From Betaproteobacteria bacterium (GTDB lineage Bacteria; Pseudomonadota; Gammaproteobacteria; Burkholderiales; Burkholderiaceae_C), in contig JANOKR010000580.1 of the NCBI GenBank assembly GCA_031419315.1, positions 1-40,415 on the forward strand: a DNA stretch of 40,415 nt, written 5' to 3'. The notes under the pieces are model-generated. The model saw only the letters and a list, made by a program, of their open reading frames with translations. It searched no databases and was not told the origin of the DNA. This document shows, piece after piece, positions 1 through 8,124 of the stretch. Position numbers and translations under genes: made by a program. Every line of letters begins with the position of its first letter. The first letter of the stretch is position 1.

Positions 1-1020
1 GGCGCCGACGATCGCGCCTTGCAGCAGAAAGATGCGCAGCACCTGGCCCTGCGTGGCGCCCATCGCGCGCAGGATGCCGATCTCGCGGCGCTTTTGCACG
101 ACCGACACCACCAGCACGCTGGCGATGCCCAGCACCACCACGACCATCACCACCGCGCGGATGACGCCGGTGCTGACCGACTGCGCGTTGAGCGCAGCGA
201 CGAGTTGCGAGTTGGCCTCCTGCCAGCTCTCAACCTTGTACGGCAGGCGTTGCGCCAACTCGGCGGCCAGCGTTTTTGCCGACCAGATGTCACGCAGCGT
301 CAGCTCCAGGCTCGTCGCGCCACCCGGCAGGCCGACCAGGCTCTGCGCGGCGCGCAGCGGCACGATCACGGTGCGGCGGTTGAGCTCGCGCAGGCCGAGG
401 TCGACCAGCGCCGTGATGCGCAGCGAATCGGTCACGGCGCTGGTGCCGCTGCCCGTGCTCAGGCTGATGTGGTCGCCGACGCGAACGCCCAGGTCGTCGG
501 CGAGTTCGCGGCCGATGATGCCTTCGCCGGGGGCCAGCCGCGCCACACCGGCGATGACTTTCGAGCGCAGGCCGACGATGCGGTCGTAGCGGTCGAGGTC
601 GACGCCGATCAGCGCGATCGACTTCGAGGCCTCGCCGCGCAGCGCCAGCCCGGCGCCGGTCAGCGTGGGCGACACCGCGGCCACGCCGGGCAGGGCTTCG
701 AGCAGCGGCACCAGGGTCTGCCAGTTGGCGATCGAGCGCGGGCGCTGTGCGCGCGGCTGCGTTTGTGCGAGCACGGTGATGGCGGGGGACGGCGCGCGGG
801 CCGGGGTGACGACGTCGTCGCGCTCGCTGAGCGTCACATGCGCCTGCGCGCCGAGGGTCTTGTCGATGGTGTTTTTCTGCAGGCCCGTGATCAGCGCCGA
901 GATGTAGGTCACCACCGCCACGCCTGCGGCGACGCCGATGATGATGAGCAGGGTCTGCATGCGCCCTTCACGCAGGAAGCGTGTCGCGACGCGGCGCTCG
1001 AACCCGAATGCGGCGAACAT
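1..1020 (-). CDS. ABC transporter permease, FtsX/MacB/LolE-like (partial, runs off window start)
   Basis: Not in the ORF track because there is no stop in the window. Manual translation from ATG 1020: MFAAFGFERRVATRFLREGRMQTLLIIIGVAAGVAVVTYISALITGLQKNTIDKTLG. Lies directly downstream of a membrane-fusion protein gene. Confidence 0.85.
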   Translation of the reverse strand, partial: MFAAFGFERRVATRFLREGRMQTLLIIIGVAAGVAVVTYISALITGLQKNTIDKTLGAQAHVTLSERDDVVTPARAPSPAITVLAQTQPRAQRPRSIANWQTLVPLLEALPGVAAVSPTLTGAGLALRGEASKSIALIGVDLDRYDRIVGLRSKVIAGVARLAPGEGIIGRELADDLGVRVGDHISLSTGSGTSAVTDSLRITALVDLGLRELNRRTVIVPLRAAQSLVGLPGGATSLELTLRDIWSAKTLAAELAQRLPYKVESWQEANSQLVAALNAQSVSTGVIRAVVMVVVVLGIASVLVVSVVQKRREIGILRAMGATQGQVLRIFLLQGAIVGA

Positions 1021-1025
1021 GGCCC

Positions 1026-2303
1026 TCAGCGCCCCATCGCATTGGTCAGGGCCGCGCCGCCGTCGCTGCGCGCCGGCTTGGTGGCCGTGGCTGCGGATGT
1101 GGCTGCGGCGCTGCGATTGGCGTGCACCCGGCGGCCGGGTTGCGGCGCCTCGCCGATCAGCACGGTCGCGCCAGCCGCCAGGCCTTCAAGCACCTCGGCC
1201 GCATCGAGCGTGCGCAGACCCAGCCGCAAGGTTCGTTGCTCGACCCGACCGCCGACCTCGATCCACACTGTCGCGCGGCCAGCCTGCTCGCTGCGCAAGG
1301 CGCCGACTGGCAGCACCAGCGCGGCGTCGCGGCGCGCCGTCTCAACTTCCACCGACAGCGTCATGTCTTCGCGCAGAAAGGCTGGCGGCGATTGCGGCAA
1401 CGAGAACTTGACCTCGACAGCACCGCGCTGGGCATCGACCAGCGGCGCGATCGACTGCACGCGCGCAACGAAGTGCTGGCCGGGGAAGGCGTCGGCGACC
1501 ACGGTCGCGGGCTGGTCAACCTGCAACTGCCCGAGAAAACGCTCGTCGGCCTGCGCCACCAGTTGTGGCGCGCCGGCCAGCGCCAAGGTCAACAGCGCGC
1601 GGCCCGGCTGCACGATCTGCCCGGGCTCGACCAGGCGTGCCAACACCTTGGCGTCGGCCGGCGAGTTGAGCACGGCTTGTGCCAGCCGCGCGCGCGCCGC
1701 GGCCGTGGCCGCGCTGGCCAGAGCCAGTTGCGCCTGGGCCTGTTGGCTTTCAGTGCCGGCGTCGGCATTCGCTTCGCGTTGCGCGCGGGCGCCGGCCTGC
1801 TGGGCCACCGCCACCGCCACGCTGCGCTGCACCTCGTCGAGCCGTGCCGGGCTGAGGAAGCCCTGGGCCACCAGGTCCTGCGTGCGCCGCAACTCGGCCT
1901 GGGCGGCGATCAACACCGAGTCGGTCTGCGCCAGCGTGGCGTCGGCGCTGCTGCGCCCGGTGCTGCGCAAGCCACGCCAGCGCGCCGTGGCTTGGCGTTC
2001 GCTGGCCTGTGCCTGCGCCAGCGCGGCCTGCAGTTCATCGCTCTCCAGGCGCAACAGCAGGTCACCTGCTTTGACCTGCGCGCCTTCGGTCACCGCGACG
2101 TGCAGCACGCGGCCGGTGAGGGTGGCGCCGACATCGACCCGGGACGCGCTGGCCACGCGGGCCGAGAACTGCAGCGTGCGCACCAACGGCGCCGTTTGCA
2201 CGGTGACCGCAAGCACCTTCGGCGCGCGCAGCCACCACCAGGCCAACAGACCCGCGACGACGACGCCGATGGCCGCAACAACCAGCACCCGTTGGCGTGT
2301 CAT
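1026..2303 (-). CDS. Efflux periplasmic adaptor (MacA/HlyD-like membrane fusion protein)
   Basis: N-terminal TM segment, lipoyl-like 'GRVLHVAVTEGAQVKAGDLLLRL', long coiled coil, 'SPADAKVLARLVEPGQIVQPG'. Confidence 0.9.
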   Translation of the reverse strand: MTRQRVLVVAAIGVVVAGLLAWWWLRAPKVLAVTVQTAPLVRTLQFSARVASASRVDVGATLTGRVLHVAVTEGAQVKAGDLLLRLESDELQAALAQAQASERQATARWRGLRSTGRSSADATLAQTDSVLIAAQAELRRTQDLVAQGFLSPARLDEVQRSVAVAVAQQAGARAQREANADAGTESQQAQAQLALASAATAAARARLAQAVLNSPADAKVLARLVEPGQIVQPGRALLTLALAGAPQLVAQADERFLGQLQVDQPATVVADAFPGQHFVARVQSIAPLVDAQRGAVEVKFSLPQSPPAFLREDMTLSVEVETARRDAALVLPVGALRSEQAGRATVWIEVGGRVEQRTLRLGLRTLDAAEVLEGLAAGATVLIGEAPQPGRRVHANRSAAATSAATATKPARSDGGAALTNAMGR

Positions 2304-2307
2304 CGAC

Positions 2308-2529
2308 CTAGTTCTTGCGACCGCCCACCACCAGCAGCAAGCCGCCCGCCACGATCGCGCCGATGCCGGCCCACATCGGCACGTTCACGGTCTTTGTTTC
2401 CGTCACCTTCAACTCGATCGGCCCGAGCTTGGCGCCGGTGGTTTGTTTGTCGTAGCTGAAGCCGCCGTAGGCCAAGCCGAGGATGCCGGCGACGATCAGC
2501 ACGATGGCGAAGATCTGGTTCGGTTTCAT
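2308..2529 (-). CDS. Small two-TM membrane protein (DUF3185-like)
   Basis: 73 aa from ATG 2529: MKPNQIFAIVLIVAGILGLAYGGFSY...KLGPIEL...VNVPMWAGIGAIVAGGLLLVV. Confidence 0.8.
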   Translation of the reverse strand: MKPNQIFAIVLIVAGILGLAYGGFSYDKQTTGAKLGPIELKVTETKTVNVPMWAGIGAIVAGGLLLVVGGRKN

Positions 2530-2549
2530 GGTCTGGCTTTCTGTGAGGG

Positions 2550-2696
2550 CTAGATTCGCCGGCCCTGGAGGACGCGGACCAGGATCACCACGACGGCGAT
2601 GACCAGCAGGATGTGGATGAAGCCGCCCATCGTGGTCGACGCGATCAGGCCGAGCAGCCACATCACGACGAGGATGACGGCAATGGTTTCGAGCAT
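2550..2696 (-). CDS. lmo0937-family small membrane protein (48 aa)
   Basis: Manual translation MLETIAVILVVMWLLGLIASTTMGGFIHILLVIAVVVILVRVLQGRRI, with the family-like 'GGFIHILLVIA' motif and an AAGGGG RBS. Below the ORF-track size cutoff. Confidence 0.85.
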   Translation of the reverse strand: MLETIAVILVVMWLLGLIASTTMGGFIHILLVIAVVVILVRVLQGRRI

Positions 2697-2823
2697 GGCT
2701 TGCCCCTTTTTGGTCGAACTGCAGATTGATTTGATTGAAACCTGAGCACCCGCAGCCGCGTTTGATGTCGATCAATGCCACGGCAACGCGCTGCAAAGAC
2801 TAGGCAGGGGACTCCCGGGCGTC

Positions 2824-2839
2824 TGTTCGTTGTCGCACA
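2824..2839 (-). promoter_or_regulatory. Box A (Crp-type) for the lmo0937-exporter operon
   Basis: Minus strand TGTGCG-ACAA-CGAACA-GAC; -10-like TAGTCT at 2802-2797 (offset 22). Confidence 0.75.
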
Positions 2840-2856
2840 CAGTGCATCTGCCCCTG

Positions 2857-2872
2857 CGTGGGCCATCGCACT
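2857..2872 (+). promoter_or_regulatory. Box A for the gene at 2960
   Basis: CGTGGG-CCAT-CGCACT-GAC; TATCTT at 2895-2900 (offset 23). Confidence 0.65.
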
Positions 2873-2959
2873 GACCGGCGCTAGCCATCGCGCCTATCTT
2901 GTCAATGCCGTTGCGAACCTTGCAGCGATGGCCGCCGCACGACAAGTCCAGGAGTCATC

Positions 2960-3460
2960 ATGCCGAGCACACAGATCAGTGGCTACGGGCCCGCGCCGGG
3001 CCGTTACGTGCCAGCGCCGTTGGCGGCCGCGTTGAGCCGCGCATCCAGCGTGGTGCCCAACGGCTGCGATCACAGCTTCGTCGCGCTGCTCGATGCCTAC
3101 CGGCCCAGCGGCGGCCTGGCGCGCGTCGACGAAGTGAACCACCAGCTTGAGCGGCGCCGCGGTCACGACGCCGCCACGCTCGAGCGCTGGATCAGGCAAG
3201 GCGCCGTGATCAGCTTCGACTGGCAATCGCAGACCTGGTTGCCGTGGTTCCAGTTCGCTGCTGCCGACGAGTTGCCGGCAGCGTCGGTGGCAACGGTCCT
3301 TGCGGCGCTGCATCCGGTTTTCGACGCTTGGGAAACGGCGCAGTGGTTCGCCCGTCCCAACGCGGCGCTCGACGATCGCGCGCCGGTCGACGTGATCGTT
3401 GCAGATCCTGCCGCCGCCGAGCGCGCCGCGCGCATCGATCGATTTGTCGTCACCGGCTGA
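2960..3460 (+). CDS. Hypothetical protein with Xre/MbcA/ParS C-terminal-like (DUF2384-like) domain
   Basis: AGGAG RBS; 'LPWFQF' and 'WFARPNAALDDRAPVDVI' resemble MbcA/ParS-type C-terminal domains. Confidence 0.7.
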   Translation: MPSTQISGYGPAPGRYVPAPLAAALSRASSVVPNGCDHSFVALLDAYRPSGGLARVDEVNHQLERRRGHDAATLERWIRQGAVISFDWQSQTWLPWFQFAAADELPAASVATVLAALHPVFDAWETAQWFARPNAALDDRAPVDVIVADPAAAERAARIDRFVVTG

Positions 3461-3465
3461 AAGCA

Positions 3466-3708
3466 ATGCGGCCCGACATGCGCCGAGCAGTTGCCGATGC
3501 GCTGTGGTGCGCACCGGGACTGTTGAGCCTGGTCGGCGCTCTCGTCGTGTTTGTTGCCATCGGCCTGGCGGCCTGCGAACGGGTCGGCGCAGACACCGTC
3601 GTGGCGCCGGCCGCGGCCACGCCGCAGGGCGCCCACGGCGCGGCGTCGGCAGCGTCGGCGCCGGCCGCATCGATCTACTCGATCGTGCCCGCCGGGGCCC
3701 GCCTGTGA
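3466..3708 (+). CDS. Putative small lipoprotein
   Basis: Hydrophobic stretch ending in the lipobox LAAC, Ala/Pro-rich tail; starts 5 nt after the previous stop. Confidence 0.45.
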   Translation: MRPDMRRAVADALWCAPGLLSLVGALVVFVAIGLAACERVGADTVVAPAAATPQGAHGAASAASAPAASIYSIVPAGARL

Positions 3709-3741
3709 GCCCGCGCGTGAGCCCGCGTGTGCTCACGAGTT

Positions 3742-3757
3742 TGTACGGTGTCGCACC
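3742..3757 (+). promoter_or_regulatory. Box A for the GGDEF-like gene
   Basis: TGTACG-GTGT-CGCACC-GAC; TAAAAA at 3779-3784 (offset 22). Confidence 0.7.
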
Positions 3758-3845
3758 GACAAGAGTTCACACCGGGCCTAAAAACCGCTCGTGATTTACG
3801 CTGGCGGTGGTTCAACCGCAGCGCCACACACTGAGGGCTTCAAGC

Positions 3846-4763
3846 ATGTTGAACCAACGGGAAGACGATCCAACCACGGCGGTTCGCGCGCTGATCAGGG
3901 CGGCTGCAGCGGAAGGCAACCCGAGCGATGCTGGCTTCCGACCGCTGGAGCCTGACGCCGCCGACGTTTCGGCCGGCGACTGGGACCGGCTGTTCCAGTC
4001 GGCCTCCGGCAGTCTGGCGCGTTTGCTCGACGATGGCGCGTCGGACCAGGTCCAGCGTGGGGTGTTGGCGTGCGTGGCGGCGCTGGCGCAGCTCAACAGC
4101 GGCCTGGCCCACGAGCGCACGCGGCAGCGCCAGCAAGCGCGTGCCTTGTTCGATGCCCGCGCTTCGCTGTCCGAGGCTCGGGCCCGGTCCTGCGGCATGC
4201 GGTCCGCCGAGCAGCGATCGCGTCAGGCGGAGCCGCATGACGAGTCGACTGCGCGGCCTCATCGCGCGCGCTTCAGGATCTGGTTCGATCAGATGCCGGT
4301 GCCGGCCGAGCTGCCGATCCAACCCCTGGCCGTGCTTCAACTCGACCTCGACGACTTCAAGCCGATCAATGACAAGCATGGCCAAGCCGTCGGCGACGAA
4401 TTGCTGCACGTCGTGGCGTCGCGCCTGACCCGCGCGGTGCGTGCCGAAGACGTCGTCAGTCGCCTCGGCAACGAAGGCTTTGCCTGTCTGCTGACCGAGC
4501 TGCCGGGACGCGAGCAGTTGGGCCACCTGGCGTGCAAACTCTTCGACGCTGTCGCCGCGCCGGTCAGGATCGGCATGCACCAGCTGACCGTGTCGCCGAG
4601 CATCGGCATCGCGATGTGCCCAACCGATGGCAGCACCGCCGAGGCCCTGCTCAGGAGCGCCGACGCAGCAATGTTCCACGCCAAGCGCGAGCGCTCGGGC
4701 TATGCCTTCTTCGACCAGACCGAATCACGCGTAGCGCTCGGCGCCAGCGCTGCAGGACGCTGA
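3846..4763 (+). CDS. Degenerate GGDEF-domain protein (GNEGF) with intact RxxD I-site
   Basis: 'DLDDFKPINDKHGQAVGDELL', 'RAEDVVSRLGNEGF', 'SIGIA', 'ADAAMFHAK'. Start uncertain (3807 or 3846). Confidence 0.85.
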   Translation: MLNQREDDPTTAVRALIRAAAAEGNPSDAGFRPLEPDAADVSAGDWDRLFQSASGSLARLLDDGASDQVQRGVLACVAALAQLNSGLAHERTRQRQQARALFDARASLSEARARSCGMRSAEQRSRQAEPHDESTARPHRARFRIWFDQMPVPAELPIQPLAVLQLDLDDFKPINDKHGQAVGDELLHVVASRLTRAVRAEDVVSRLGNEGFACLLTELPGREQLGHLACKLFDAVAAPVRIGMHQLTVSPSIGIAMCPTDGSTAEALLRSADAAMFHAKRERSGYAFFDQTESRVALGASAAGR

Positions 4764-4768
4764 CTACG
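4751..4768 (+). promoter_or_regulatory. Weak box B copy upstream of the gene at 4860
   Basis: TGCAGG-ACGCTG-ACTACG; the downstream spaced elements are not conserved. Confidence 0.35.
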
Positions 4769-4859
4769 AGCGGTCGCGATGCCGTCCTCTTCGTTACGCC
4801 AGCAGCACTCCTGGTACTCGCCGCACTCTGGCAGTCCCGCCATCTTCACAAGGATCAAT

Positions 4860-5411
4860 ATGACCAATATGACTCTGCTCAAGCATTCGATTTTCGCGGC
4901 CGCCCTGATGGCCATGCCGCTGGCGCAGGCGGCCCTGATGGCCAAGCCGGACTACAAGGTCGCCAAGACCCAGATCAGCGCCGACTACCAGGCCGACAAG
5001 GCGGCCTGCGGCTCGCTCGCGGCCAACACCAAGGACGTCTGCATCCAGGAAGCCAAGGCCAAGGAAAAGGTCGCTCGCGCCGAACTCGAATTTGGCTACA
5101 CGGGCAAGCCCAGGGACCAGAACAAGGTTCTGGTCGCCAAGGCCGAGTCCGCCTATTCGGTGGCCAAGGAAAGATGCGACGACCTCGCCGGCAACGACAA
5201 GGACGTTTGTGTCAAACAAGCCAAGGCCGTCGAAGTCAAGGCGCTGGCTGACGCGAAGATGGGCAAGGAGATCGCCGCGGCCAAGACCGACGCAGCACAA
5301 GACAAGCGCGACGCTGACTACAAGGTCGCCGCCGAGAAGTGCGATGCCATGGCTGGAGACGCCAAGACAGCTTGCGTTGCCGCGGCCAAGGCCCGGTTTG
5401 GCAAGACCTGA
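4860..5411 (+). CDS. Secreted Ala/Lys-rich protein with three C-x10-C repeats
   Basis: AAGGA RBS, signal peptide ending AQA; repeats CGSLAANTKDVC, CDDLAGNDKDVC, CDAMAGDAKTAC. Confidence 0.85.
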   Translation: MTNMTLLKHSIFAAALMAMPLAQAALMAKPDYKVAKTQISADYQADKAACGSLAANTKDVCIQEAKAKEKVARAELEFGYTGKPRDQNKVLVAKAESAYSVAKERCDDLAGNDKDVCVKQAKAVEVKALADAKMGKEIAAAKTDAAQDKRDADYKVAAEKCDAMAGDAKTACVAAAKARFGKT

Positions 5412-5523
5412 TCGGTCGACCCCGCAGCGGTCAGATTCCGTGCACGAATTCGACGGTTCTGGGCAGGCGGCTTCGAGTGGCGGCGCGCAAACGCCGCCGC
5501 TGCCGCCGCGAACGGCACCGGCC

Positions 5524-5895
5524 ATGTCCGGCGTGATGCGGCTGCGCGCGATTGAAAATATCGACGGCGTGGCGGATTTCATCTGGGAGTTTGTGAGCCC
5601 CACCGTGGAGCCGCTGCTGCCGTGCAAACCCCGCCAGTTGTACGGTCGGCGCATGAGCGAAGGTCGGGCCGGTGCGCTCGACCATCCGCAGCTTGTCGAG
5701 CGCTACCGCAGCGTCGTCGAGCGTGGCATCCCGCAGACCTACGAGCAGGTGCACCGGATCGACGGCCAGCAGGCCCTGGTGGTCCATCGCGTCCTGCGAG
5801 AGGGCACCGGAGTGGCAGTGACGCTGACGATCCTGGGTGCCCCCCGGCACAAGCCATCGGCTTGGCGAGCGGCTTACGGACGTGCCTTCCCTTGA
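5524..5895 (+). CDS. Stand-alone PAS-like small protein
   Basis: 'RAIENIDGVADFIWEFVSP...LYGRR...LVERYRSVVERGIPQTYE' resembles PAS_4-like folds. Start may be GTG 5440. Confidence 0.55.
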   Translation: MSGVMRLRAIENIDGVADFIWEFVSPTVEPLLPCKPRQLYGRRMSEGRAGALDHPQLVERYRSVVERGIPQTYEQVHRIDGQQALVVHRVLREGTGVAVTLTILGAPRHKPSAWRAAYGRAFP

Positions 5896-5913
5896 TGAAC
5901 ACCGGACATCGCC

Positions 5914-6534
5914 ATGACTTCATCCTCAACCCACCCGCATGCCCTGCGGCGCCTGCCCTACGCTGAAGCCGCGCTCGCGCCGGTGATCTCAGTCAGCACC
6001 ATCGGGCACCACCATGGCAAGCACCACCAAACCTATGTGGACACCCTCAACACGCTGGTCGTGGGCACCGCCTTCGCCGAGATGTCCTTGCAGGACACGA
6101 TTGCCAGCACGAAGGGGCAGTTCGACAAGCGCAAGATCTACAACAACGCGGCGCAGGCCTGGAACCACGACTTCTATTGGCGCAGCCTGAGGCCCGGCGG
6201 TGGCGGGAAACCGCCGCAGTCGTTGATGCCCTTGATCGACGCCAGTTTCGGCAGCACGCAGGCCTGCACCGAAAGGCTGGCATCGGCCGCTGGTGAGCAC
6301 TTCGGCAGTGGCTGGGTCTGGCTGGTGCAAGAAGGCGGCCGGCTGGTTGTCGTCCACACCTCAAATGCCGATGGCCCCCACCCACCGGGCGGTAACCCGC
6401 TGCTCGTGGTTGACCTCTGGGAGCACGCCTACTACCTGGACTACCAGGAAAAGCGCGCCGCACATGTCGAGGCGGTGCTCGACAAGTTGATCAACTGGGG
6501 CTTTGCGGCTGACAACTTGTCGCAGCCGGCTTGA
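5914..6534 (+). CDS. sodB: Fe/Mn superoxide dismutase, Fe-type signature
   Basis: LPYAEAALAP, HHGKHHQTYV, NNAAQAWNHDFYW (AAQ is the Fe-type signature), FGSGWVWL, DLWEHAYYLDY. Confidence 0.92.
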   Translation: MTSSSTHPHALRRLPYAEAALAPVISVSTIGHHHGKHHQTYVDTLNTLVVGTAFAEMSLQDTIASTKGQFDKRKIYNNAAQAWNHDFYWRSLRPGGGGKPPQSLMPLIDASFGSTQACTERLASAAGEHFGSGWVWLVQEGGRLVVVHTSNADGPHPPGGNPLLVVDLWEHAYYLDYQEKRAAHVEAVLDKLINWGFAADNLSQPA

Positions 6535-6581
6535 TGCCTCCGCTGTCGCAAGCCGACGGACCCACCCCAACCGGACATGTC

Positions 6582-7652
6582 ATGACCAAGATCCGTACCG
6601 GGCAGGCCCCGGCCGCGTTGACCCGCGTGCAGTTTCAAGAGCGTTTCAATGTGCGTTTTTACGATCCCGCGTTCGAGGCCGAACGTGACGCGATTGCGCG
6701 GCTGGAGTTGATTGCCTGGGATGCCATGCAAGAGGGCCGCAAGGCGCCGATCACGCGCCCCGCGGGGCGTGGTTTTGCCGACCCGACCTACGCGGTGTCT
6801 GTGCAATGGCTGGATGCCCGCAAGCGCCTGAAGGCGGCGCAGAAGCGCTGGAGTGACAGCACGACCACTTCGCGCGTGCTGTTGATCTGCGGCAGCGCGC
6901 GCAACGACGGCACCTGCCCGGGCGAGGTCTCCAAGACCTGGCGTTTGACCGAGATCGCGCGGCGCGTTGTTGAGCGCGCGGGCATCGAGGCCGATGTGCT
7001 CGACCTGAGTCTGGTGACGTCGGAATACGGCCGCAATATCCACCCCTGCAAGGGTTGTGCATCCAGCGCGATGCCGTTGTGCCACTGGCCCTGCAGTTGT
7101 TATCCGAACCACGCGCTGAACCAGGCCGACGACTGGATGGCCGAGATCTACGAACGCTGGGTAGCGGCACACGCGGTGATCATCCTGGCGCCGACCTACT
7201 GGTACCAGTCGCCGAGCCCGTTGAAGCTGATGATCGACCGCATGGTCTGCGCCGATGGTGGCAACCCCGATCCAACGACGACCCACGGCAAACATGTCGC
7301 CGAGGCCAAGGCCATCGAGCAACAGGGTTGGGACTACCCCAAGCATGTTGCCGGCCGCGCCTATGGCGTGGTCGTGCATGGTGACGTGGCGGGTGTCGAA
7401 GTGCATCGGCGCAATCTCACCGACTGGCTCGAGTGGATGGGCCTGATCGATGCCGGCGCCACCGCCAAGCTCGACCGCTACATCGGCTACTACGAGCCCT
7501 ACTACAACAGTCACGACGCGCTGGACCAGGACAAGCCGGTGCAGGAAGAGGTTCGCAACGTCGCCCGCGCCGTGATTCAGGCCGTCAAGGCACTGCGCGC
7601 CGGGCACCTGAGCCAGCCCGACAAACAGCTCAAGCGGCCGCGCACGAAGTGA
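6582..7652 (+). CDS. Flavodoxin-like NAD(P)H-dependent FMN reductase / iron-sulfur flavoprotein family
   Basis: 'VLLICGSAR', Cys cluster 'PCKGCASSAMPLCHWPCSCYP', 'PTYWYQSPSPLKLMIDR'. Confidence 0.85.
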   Translation: MTKIRTGQAPAALTRVQFQERFNVRFYDPAFEAERDAIARLELIAWDAMQEGRKAPITRPAGRGFADPTYAVSVQWLDARKRLKAAQKRWSDSTTTSRVLLICGSARNDGTCPGEVSKTWRLTEIARRVVERAGIEADVLDLSLVTSEYGRNIHPCKGCASSAMPLCHWPCSCYPNHALNQADDWMAEIYERWVAAHAVIILAPTYWYQSPSPLKLMIDRMVCADGGNPDPTTTHGKHVAEAKAIEQQGWDYPKHVAGRAYGVVVHGDVAGVEVHRRNLTDWLEWMGLIDAGATAKLDRYIGYYEPYYNSHDALDQDKPVQEEVRNVARAVIQAVKALRAGHLSQPDKQLKRPRTK

Positions 7653-7707
7653 CGCTGCCGCCTTGGTTTGCAGCGCTCGCGTTTATCCAGCCAAGAAGGA
7701 CATTGTG

Positions 7708-8109
7708 ATGAGTGATACCACTGCCGTCGATCAAGTGCCGACATCCTTCGGCGTCTTCAAGCCCGTGGGTTGGCTGATGGTCGGCCTGCCGACACAGGCC
7801 AACGCCGATGCGCTGGTCGTTGCGCTTGAAGGCGCCGGTTGGTCGAGCGCCGCAGTGCTGCATTTCAGGCAGAGCGAAACCGTTGAGGAGCTGCAAGCGA
7901 TGATCGACAACGCCAGCGCGCTGGCGGGTTTCGGGTTCGAGATCACGCTGCTGCGCCGCTACGTGGCGCTGGCCAAGGAAGGCTACCGCTGGCTGCTGGT
8001 CAAGGTGGACGGTGTCGACCACGCCGCCGCAGCCGCTGAAATCGCCCGCGGCCGTGGCGCGACGCTGGCGGTGCACTACCGCAGGCTGACCGTTGAAGAG
8101 CTGATCTGA
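7708..8109 (+). CDS. Hypothetical protein
   Basis: AAGGA RBS, 'SFGVFKPVG' motif, operonic position between the flavodoxin-like gene and fumC. Confidence 0.75.
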   Translation: MSDTTAVDQVPTSFGVFKPVGWLMVGLPTQANADALVVALEGAGWSSAAVLHFRQSETVEELQAMIDNASALAGFGFEITLLRRYVALAKEGYRWLLVKVDGVDHAAAAAEIARGRGATLAVHYRRLTVEELI

Positions 8110-8124
8110 GTCTGCGAGGCTGGC

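Noticed and set aside
19-2553. 844-aa + strand ORF and other long antisense ORFs (7630-9621, 21975-23852, 36602-38383)
   Set aside because: Shadow frames opposite well-supported genes in high-GC DNA; no recognisable motifs.
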